The notes beneath the pieces are model-generated. The model worked only from the letters and a program-made list of their open reading frames with translations, was not told the origin of the DNA and did not search any database. The translations under genes were made by a program, and so were the position numbers. A stretch of 64,000 nt of DNA from assembly GCF_039654945.1 (NCBI RefSeq), contig NW_027361712.1:19778001-19842000 (forward strand), written 5' to 3'. Source of the DNA: Dendrobates tinctorius (taxonomy: Eukaryota). Each line of letters opens with the position of its first letter. The stretch's first letter is position 1. Shown here piece after piece: positions 34,611 to 64,000 of this stretch.

Positions 34611-35075
34611 TCTGCAAGGGCTCTACAAGCTTACACTGTGAATGGACCCATAGAAGCGCAATTTGCAGCGCAAAACAGCCTTCCTCCAGCTTATCACTAT
34701 CCCGCACACGCCTTGCCCACCGCTCCCCCTGATGTCCTCATTTGAATAAAGGATTATGGTTTCTGAAGCTTTGGTGAGTGCCACCTTTCTTTGCTCCACT
34801 TTACATTGTAAAACTGACTTCCATCTCATACATAGACTTCAGTGTGATTTGGTGAGTCACAATTGTAGTCACGTGAGTGAGAAGAGGAGCGGCGCTGGAG
34901 AGAGATCAAGATACAAACAAGCAGCTGTACAATGTGGGATTAGGGCTATATAGATTGGCTTATTGACTGTAACCTATTTTAGGAAGATGGTGTCATTGTA
35001 TATAAAGCACAGTACAAGTGTAACTGTATAAGGAAGACACATCCAGCTATTAAGGGATGCATTTTGCAGACACTC

Positions 35076-35081
35076 TTTATT
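35076..35081 (-). terminator. myh6 polyadenylation signal AATAAA
   Basis: 62 nt downstream of the TAG; short 3'UTR typical of sarcomeric MYH genes. Confidence 0.75.
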
Positions 35082-35143
35082 TTAGCTTTGTTTACATGGT
35101 ATGTACAGTAGTTTCATAATCTCTAGAGCTTGAAGGAACAGAT

Positions 35144-55863
<20,720 letters not shown>

Positions 55864-56315
55864 TGTGAAATCTGCAAGAAGAGTAAAGAATTCGTTGCAT
55901 AGGTTATCAGAAAAGACATGGGCCCATCAAGTTCAACCTTTCCCAAGGTGGATACATGCATGGTATAAATTACATTTAAGTCATTCATGAATATTTATGT
56001 CTTTTGCAAATGTCATGTCCTTAATAATATACTTGATATAACTCTCTGAATTTGGATTGTAACGTACAAATGATGTATACCAGTGGTCTAAAACCTGTGC
56101 CTCTCCTGATCTGGCACCTCACAGCATGCCCAAGTAGGCACTGTCAGGGCTTGCTGGTAGTTGGAGTATCTCGAGAGCTAGGCACCAGTTGGAGACCAGT
56201 GATGTAGATAGTAATTAAGATTCCATTAATCACAAACATTTTTGCTTTCTTCTATGTCAAGAAGGAAAAGGAGAACCCAGGTAATAAACATAGTTTTATT
56301 GTCACTTTCTCTCAC

Positions 56316-56352
56316 CTTGTTCTTAATAAAAGGACCAGAGAGAAGACAAGTT
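56316..56352 (-). other. myh6: Predicted myh6 non-coding exon 2 (37 nt)
   Basis: CTAAT branch point, pyrimidine tract, TTACAG acceptor, AAG|GTGAG donor. Confidence 0.7.
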
Positions 56353-56495
56353 CTGTAAAACAGAAAGGAAGGATTAGATGTGAAAACTGAGGCATGTTAG
56401 GGGCAGCTCATGAGGATGGATCTGGAACTGAGAAGTTAACATTTTCAACGAAAGAGTGATAAGGGTCCATAAGTTAAAGTGAGGAAGGGCACATA

Positions 56496-57023
56496 CAGCT
56501 CTGGCAAAAATTAAGAGACTACTACATCAAAACCCTGTCGTGGGCAGCCTATTCTCCAGACCTGAACCCCATTGAAAACCTCTGGAATGTAATCAAGAGG
56601 ATGATGGATAGCCACAAGCCATCACACAAAAAAGAACTTTTGCACCAGAAGCAGTGTGAAAGACTGGTGGAAAGCATGCCAAGACACATGAAAGCTGTTT
56701 TTAAAAATCATGGTTATTCCACAAAATATTGATTTCAGAACTCTTCCTGAGTTAAAACATCAGTATTGTTATTTCTAAAGGATTATGAAATTGTTTTCCT
56801 TGCATTATTTGAGGTCTGAAAGCACTGTTTTTTTTATTTTGACCATTTTTCTATGTCAGAAAAAAAAATACAAAAAATGTATTGCTTGGAAATTTGGAGA
56901 CATGTTGTCAGAAGTTTATAGACTAAAAGAACAATTTACATTTTACTCAAAAATATACCTATAAAGAGAAAAATCAGACAAACTAAACATTTGAAAGAGG
57001 TCTCTTAATTTTTGCCAGAACTG
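56496..57023 (+). mobile_element. Tc1-derived ~530-bp MITE, copy 1
   Basis: TIR CAGCTCTGGCAAAAATTAAGAGAC; TA flanks; [11 protein letters not shown] remnant. Confidence 0.88.
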
Positions 57024-57331
57024 TAGCTATTTATAGATGAGAGTCCAAGGACTTAAGTGATAAATGAGGTGCAAGGGATGAGGATGAACACAGTACATTT
57101 ATGTTACACTACGCTGTAATAGGACATGATCCCTAGTCTGGTCTTACAACTGTGCTTACGAGTGAGAATGTATGAATAATGACCCATCACATTGGAAATT
57201 TATCATATACATAACATGGTACTGGTTATATTATCATATAACAATAATGATAGTTACCCTACATTATCACAAAAGCTTCCCTCATTGCATACACCCCATA
57301 TACTACAAGTAATCATTATTATTATTACTTA

Positions 57332-57868
57332 CAGCTCTGGCAAAAATTAAGAGACCACTTCCAAATGTTCAGTTTGTCTGATTTTTCTCTTTATAGGTAT
57401 ATTTTTGAGTAAAATGTAAATTGTTCTTTTAGTCTACAAACTTCTGACAACATGTCTCCGAATTCCCAAGCAATAATTTTAATTTTTATTTCTGAAAAGC
57501 AGAAATGGTCAAAATAAAAGAAAACAAAAACAGTTTTCAGACCTCAAATATTGCAAATAAAACAAGTTTATAATCTTTTAGAAACAACAATACTAATGTT
57601 TTAACTCAGGAAGAGTTCTGAAATCAATTTTTTTGTGGAATAACCATGATTTTTAATCACAGCTTTTATGCGTCTTGTTATGCTTTCCACCAGTCTTTCA
57701 CACTGCTTCTGGTGCAAAAATTTAAGCAGTTCTTTGTTTGATGGCTTGTGACTATTCATCATCCTCTTGATTACATTCCAGAGGTTTTCAGTGGAGTTCA
57801 GTTCTGGAGAATTAGGCTACCCATGATAGGGTTTTGATGTGGTGGTCTCTTAATTTTTGCCAAAGCTG
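57332..57868 (-). mobile_element. Tc1-derived ~530-bp MITE, copy 2 (inverted)
   Basis: Same TIRs and TA flanks; reverse complement of copy 1. Confidence 0.88.
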
Positions 57869-58655
57869 TATATCCGTGGCACTCTTATGTTTTTATACTG
57901 TCATACAAAATGGCTTTCCTATGCAAGAGAAACATAGAGATGGCAAAGTACAGTTCAGTTCTGGTCCAGTTATTATAAAGCAATCAGGCATTTTTGATAT
58001 ACTTAAGTTCCATTGTCAAATGAAGACAAACCGAGACCCCCAACAGCCTTTTAGTGATTGTTCAGGACTAGAAATTGCCTTGTTACTAAAACAGCATCAC
58101 ATCTCTCCAATGGTTGGACTCTCCAAGATACACATTTAATGCCTTTATTCAATATTTTTACAAACAGTCAATCCCAAAACATTACCGGAACGTACGGTTG
58201 CATGATTTTAGACACAACCACAATATGTCATGCTAAAAATAGGGATATAAATGGTATGTAGATGGTATTGCAGCTCATTCCCATTCTCTTCAAAGGAGCT
58301 GAGCTTCAATACCAGACATAACCCATGCACAAGTTGCTGTTTTTGTAAGAAAGAATCCATATTCTTTCTGGACAAACCCTCTAAGATATGATACAGAGAA
58401 GCAGAAAACATTTGAAAGACAGACATTCTGTGCATCATAATGTGGGCATGTTATCACAAAGTAAGGGATTCCCTCTGTTAGTTCAGAAAGTGCAGTGAAC
58501 AACCCCTTGACATGAAAAAGGCGCATGGAAATAATTAATCTGGTAATTCTATCATTGAGTAGTATTCATGTACTTCAAGCTAATAGTTCAGCAGCACATA
58601 TTGCAGTTTAACCTGTTCATTTTGCTTTAAAATTCTTTACTGAGCAAAACAGAAC

Positions 58656-58967
58656 CAGGGTTGCCAACCATCCAGATATTCCAGGATCATAAAATAGGGC
58701 ACTGTCTGTAAAAAAAATAATTTAAGGTGCCCATGATGTTTTTGAGGCTGAAGAAACGTACTGTATACAGTTTATTTTGAGTGTAATTATCATTTTACAG
58801 TGAATGCAGCTAATGTATTCATATCAGAATTATGGGCTGTAGACATGGATCACTTATAATAAAAAAGATTTATTATAGTTTTCCAATATGTCCATAAAAA
58901 TATTGTCTGTCTGTGAATTTTTGATAAGTTGTACAGAAAAAAATAAAAAGTCAAGCTGGCAACCCTG
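58656..58967. mobile_element. hAT-type MITE
   Basis: CAGGGTTGCCAAC ... GCTGGCAACCCTG; related copy at ~31560-31890. Confidence 0.65.
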
Positions 58968-59039
58968 AATGCAACTTGTTTGATGAATATAATAAAGTGT
59001 CTTGTGCATGGGCACATCTTTTGCAAGATCTGGGATGTT

Positions 59040-59285
59040 TTATTTATTATACTTATTTATATAGTGCCATTAATTCCACAGCGCTTTTCAGACATTATTG
59101 GCACTGTCTCCTACGGGGCTCACAATCTAACTGCCCTATCGATATGTCTTTGGAATGTGGGAGGAAACTGGACAACCCGGAGGAAACACACGCAGACACG
59201 GGGAGAACATACAAACTCCTTGCAGATGTTGTCCTTGGTGGGATTTGAACCCAGGACCCGAGCACTGCTAACCACTGAGCCACCG
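59040..59285 (-). mobile_element. tRNA-derived V-SINE-like element
   Basis: A box GTGGCTCAGTGG; B box GGTTCAAATCC; central GGAGTTTGTATGTTCTCCCCGTGTCTGCG domain; AT-rich tail. Confidence 0.8.
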
Positions 59286-59762
59286 GGACATTGCTCAGTT
59301 TTTAAGCCACTGGCATGTGGGGAGATGTAACACGATACACAATAAATTACAATGATTTGGCACCAAGAGGTGTGTGTTACCATTATCCACTGTTGACTAT
59401 ACTGAATCCATTATTCTCTCTTCTTGTATCTGATATATCATTTAGATCGGGGTCACACGGATGTACGGACTGCAGTGCTCAGACTGACTGCGGGTCTCCC
59501 GGACATTTACAGCCTCATATGAGTCCTGTGGTCTGTCAGGGCATTGCTGTATATGTACAGTAAAATATGCTCATGTGAACCCGGCCGAACCTGCATTCAT
59601 GGCAGTTACTTACGAGGGCACTGCAGACTGACTTATTAGTTATGGAAATCATTTCATGCTAAACGCTCAGTCATTTTTGCTGATATACAAGATAGGTTTG
59701 TAGTGACTGGATTAGGAGAGCTGTGCACGGACCTGCTTTATGTGTATGCCCAATGGACTTAC

Positions 59763-59797
59763 CCCAGACTGGCCGCTCACTCTGCCTTGGTGACAAT
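59763..59797 (-). other. myh6: Predicted myh6 non-coding exon 1 (TSS ~59797)
   Basis: CA initiator 31 nt downstream of the TATA box; GG|GTAAGT donor at 59762-59757. Confidence 0.7.
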
Positions 59798-59820
59798 GCC
59801 ACATGTGTCCTCGTTGTTCT

Positions 59821-59850
59821 CTTATATACTCATCTTCCTACCTTATTTGG
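59821..59850 (-). promoter_or_regulatory. myh6 core promoter: TATA box (TATATAAG, 59821-59828) and perfect CArG box (CCAAATAAGG, 59841-59850)
   Basis: CC(A/T)6GG immediately upstream of the TATA box, in myh6 orientation. Confidence 0.8.
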
Positions 59851-60046
59851 AATATGTTTTTGTTCTAATTCTATTGTGGGATGCCCCCCTTCCCTAAATC
59901 TATTGTCCAGCCCAGCTCCATTCACCTATGGACCATTGTTTCTGCATTTGGGGTGGGGTATGTGCGTAAATGTGTGCGTCTGTGTAACACAACTCCTGAA
60001 TGACACAGGGCAGATTGTGTGGAGCTGACAGTGACACAAAAAAAGA

Positions 60047-60171
60047 AGGTTTGCCATGTAAGGACAGGCTGGTACCTCTTAAAAATTCACACCCTTACCC
60101 TCCCCTCTCTACTCCTTGACCCCACTGCCCTTTGCAAGAGCTGGATTTAGGATCCACTTGTTCACATTCCT
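60047..60171 (-). promoter_or_regulatory. myh6 proximal elements: CArG-like CCTTACATGG (60054-60063), T-box half-site (~60086-60093), M-CAT/TEAD CATTCCT (60165-60171)
   Basis: Motif matches; resemble elements recalled from the rodent alpha-MHC proximal promoter. Confidence 0.6.
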
Positions 60172-60829
60172 GAGGCCAGGACAATGGACAGAGTGAGAGT
60201 GAGGGGCTATTTCAGGATTTGAGGTGGCCTTGAGCTGTCTCCACAGAGAATTCACTCCTCATTGCAATATTCCGTCTTCGCAACCTTTTGTTTCAGAAAG
60301 TTATTTAAAGATGCAGCTCAACACAATGCCCGTTGTGTTAACTATTGTGATCCTGTATCAAAAGTGCTGTCTAATGTGTTTAGAGAATTGTATCTGGTAT
60401 TTTCACAAAGAGCACTTGGTGGGGACGACTTCTTCAGAAAATTTATATAATAAATACATTTTGTTAATATCTCAAGAACTGAAAACTTTTAATACATTTA
60501 GGTAGTATTCATTTACTTCATGGGTCAGAAAAAAGCACAAGCATAGGTAAAAGCTTATATTATTTTGGTGTCTTTGGTTTATCTTATTACCTATTGCTTA
60601 TATTGAGCCAACATATTGCCCAGCATTGTACAGAGGTCACTGTCATCAGTTCCTATACAAAAGACAATGAAGCTCTTTAGTCAAACAGAAGAGAATATAA
60701 TTTATTGATATGCCTATAGGACTATTGGCCTTGTCAGTGGACTGTGAACTGTGGTAGCTCTGCAATTCTTTTACCTTCTGGGATCCCCAATAGATTAGCT
60801 GGGCTGATGATGCGTCATCATTGCGGCGA

Positions 60830-63800
60830 TGTAAGGGGGTAAGATATGATGTATCCCATGCCTCCCTTCCCTCTGATTGTCTTCCAGTTGTTAATGTTTA
60901 CAGACATGTTTTATGATTACTGCCTGCGGTACTGCTACATTTATAATTATGTATTACCGCTCATTGTTATGGTATTGCCACTTGAATGTGTTACCACTAT
61001 ATAGAAAGCTGTATATATTGTTGTGTGTTCCTGTATGATAATGTTGCATATACTGTATATTATGTGTCCTTTGTACACGTATAGTCAGGGAAAGTTAGTG
61101 CATTCTTCTTGGGACACTAGAGGAGGGCACTCTTAGTACATAGTTCCCCCATAGACTGGGTAGTTGTAGTTATGTTGCGGGCCACTAAATGGGGGTATAC
61201 TATTGGGGCCTGATAGGATGTTCATAGAGGGTTAATTGTAGGAGGGGCTGCTGAAAGTTAAGGTTGGTGCTGAAGGGTGGTTTAGTCAGACGGGGCCAGG
61301 GCGCCCAAAGGTCCACATGGGCTACAGGCCTGAACTGCTTGGCAGTCACATAACATTATATTGTTATTGACCATGTTACCCACGGCCACTGCAGGTCTTA
61401 GCAGTAGGTCATAACAGGAAAAGAAAGATGTGGCATCTTACCGCCTGGGCCAACGCTTTTAGGGCAGAAGTTGGCTGGACTAAAGAGATGAAAGGAGTTG
61501 GAACTTCAAAGCGATCGGTACAGACGGACCGGATGCTTCACCGGGTGTCACCAAGCGTAGTGATTGATGAATTCTTGTCTGGGGTGAAATAGGCTGAAGG
61601 AAATGTCATTAAAGTGAGGTCAGACCTGGAAGGAACTGGGAAGCAGTCTAGTGCGGTCCGGTCTTGGTGTGTTCTGCACAGAAGTGACAACAAGCAAGGG
61701 AAAGATCAGGAAGCAAGTAAATGTTATGATGTACCAACTGTGGATGTAACGTGCAAAATCCTAAGTAAAGAAAGAGTTAAAGTTGTCTCGGACTGTGTCT
61801 CCATTGATGGGGGTCGCCTTGAAGAGGGACCATTGTGGCCAGGGAAGTGCCCAGGTGAAGATGAATCTGGAGATGCAGGTATGCCGAGGAGCATAGCATT
61901 TCATGTAGGGGAAGGACTGGACGCAGCTGCCACCAGAGTACAGGTCACGACTATGGTTCTGGCCCTCCCTTATACTTGGTGTAGTCGGCAGGATGTCGAC
62001 ACCGTGCAGTGAGGGAATGCTGCAAGTGATGAACTTGAGAAAGATGAAGTTTGGCAGGATGCGGTTGCCTTGCCATGTGAAGAATCAGTTGGAAAAGATA
62101 ATGAAAATGTATGTGCGACTGTTGACCTCCTGGAAGATCACCAGCAGAAGGAGCCAGAAGTTTCAGTTGATGAAGAAACGCTGAAATTGTCTACTACTAA
62201 TTGTTTGACCACACCGGACTTGACTATTGCATCGGATTTGACTGACTGGAGAGGAAAAACTAACACCTTCACTGTAACCAACATGGCGGTGGTAAGAATG
62301 GCGGGAAAAGACAAAGAAAACGTAAACAACGAGAACTGCGTCCTTCGTGGTTGTTGTCATCACTCGTTGGTGCCAAACCGGGCCTGTCAATATGGCCGGG
62401 TCAGCCCCAGGTGGGCGTGGATGAAGAGAAGGAGACCTCGCCCCTTACAACTGAACAGTAATGGAGTGGAGAAGCGGCTGGAGGTGGACCCCCCTGGAAA
62501 CGGGAGAGCTCCGAAGAAATATGCTGTGTATAACCATGTCTATTGGAGCTGGCTGCAGAAGGCTAATGAGATGGAGAAGCGGGGACGTTTCAGCCAAGGT
62601 TTGAGGTGCTGCGCCTTTTGGAATCATGGTGTTCGGCCGATGATGCGGAGGAAGAATGTAGTCGTGGGATCGGAGTCTGTAAAATGTACTACAGAAAAAT
62701 GGTGAGAGTGCCCCAGGTACTTCGGCTCTGACTACGCAGGGTCTGGACCAGTCCTCCTTCGTCTGCTCCGGACGTTGGCTCTCAGGATGCACCACTCAGG
62801 TGACGGGCGTGGGGGGCCACGACTGGGGTTAACATCGGAGTACCAGTAGACATCCCCAGTGCAACCCCTATCGTCTAGGTCGCCCCTCACCGGCAGGGCC
62901 TTTTAAGGCAGAAGTTGGCTGGACTAAGGAGATGAAAGGAGTTGGCATTTCAATGAGATTGGTACAGACGGGCCGGAGCTTCACCGGGGTCACCAAACGT
63001 AGTGATTGATGAATTCATGTCTGGGGCAAAGTAGGCTGAAGGAAATGTTGTTGTAGTGAGGTCAGACCTGGAAGGAATTGGGAAGCAGTCTAGTACGGTC
63101 CGGTCTGGGCGTATACTGCACCCAAGTGACAACAAGCAAGGGAAAGATCAGGTAGCAAGCAAATGTTATGATGTACCAACTGTGGATGTAATGTGTGAAA
63201 TCCTAAGTAAAGAAAGTGTTAATATTGTCTCGGACTGATGATGGGTGTCGTCTAGAAGAGGGACCGTTATGCCCTGGGAAGTGCCCAGGTGACGATGAAT
63301 CTGGAGATGCAGGTATGCCGACTAGTATAGTATTGTTTCATGTAAGGGAAGTGTTAGGCATCGGGTTCCTGCAGCGGCTCAACAGGAATCCAGAGCCTCA
63401 CATTCTGTGGTCTCCCATTATCTATCAACCGCAGAGGAGATTGCTCAGCAGTCCCGGCGTCCCAGAAGCTCTGCCCAGACCTGCTCTGTGGGTCTGGCTG
63501 TTGCTGCCACCTTTGGGTCAGCAATAGCAATGCAGGCTGCTCAGCAGCAAATCGCTCCAGAGGCTAAGTCACTCCGTCGCTCTACTGGGCATGCTCACGA
63601 GACGATCTTCCATTGGAGATCGGGAGTCACATGCCCAGGTCCTTCTCGTGATCTGATTGGTCCACCTCAGGGATCTAGAAGCTTTCGGAAGGTCCCGGCT
63701 GTAAAAGGTTCGCATGGCCACTTGGCCATGCGCTAGTATAGACTCTAGTTGCTACCTGTGTGAATGATGACGGATGCATGAACCTGCGAATGACTCATTA

Positions 63801-64000
63801 AGATCCCCCTCCCTGTGATATTACGTGTGTGGATAGGGACTTAGTCATAGAATCAGCGCCAGTCAGTGGCACGCTACAGACCACAATGCATATCTCCACA
63901 GAACTAGCGTCTGACAGTGCGTCCCCTTCCTGGGCATTGTCGTATAGCGGCTGTGTCAGCTGCCACGCTGCAGTCAGAAGCACTTGTTGGCGTTCGCGGT
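60830..64000. mobile_element. Probable degenerate LTR-retroelement sequence with a ~455-bp internal duplication (61457-61915 / 62901-63351) and a further TG-starting insertion at 63352
   Basis: The direct repeat is visible; no recognisable conserved protein domain; classification tentative. Confidence 0.45.

Noticed and set aside
59225-59285. tRNA gene
   Set aside because: The A/B boxes belong to a SINE head with an internal deletion; no cloverleaf
62070-62705. 211-aa ORF upstream of myh6
   Set aside because: No recognisable domain; embedded in duplicated repeat-like sequence

Overview
Vertebrate genomic DNA, most likely an anuran (frog), inferred from the Kolobok/T2, PIF-Harbinger, piggyBac, hAT and Tc1 MITE landscape. 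Two spliced protein-coding genes face each other tail-to-tail. (1) cmtm5 on + has 5 coding exons (10741-29686, 152 aa, MARVEL domain). (2) A complete cardiac myosin heavy chain gene, myh6, on - has 37 coding exons (55863-35144, 5814 nt, 1937 aa), two predicted 5'-UTR exons and a CArG/TATA/M-CAT promoter at about 59.8-60.2 kb. All myh6 coding exons were walked by hand, with GT-AG boundaries and consistent phase. Highlights: an intronic miR-208 hairpin with a 208a-like 3p arm and a 208b-like 5p arm; an apparent precise intron loss fusing the equivalents of MYH7 exons 28 and 29; retention of the intron that mammalian MYH6 lost; a near-intact DD36E (Incomer-type) Tc1 transposon 29 nt from a myh6 splice acceptor; a 3.2-kb composite hAT element with a perfect 8-bp TSD; a nested LTR retrotransposon; and many palindromic MITEs. 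Comparisons with mammalian sequences are from memory and need alignment. I found no evidence of a wholly new biological system.
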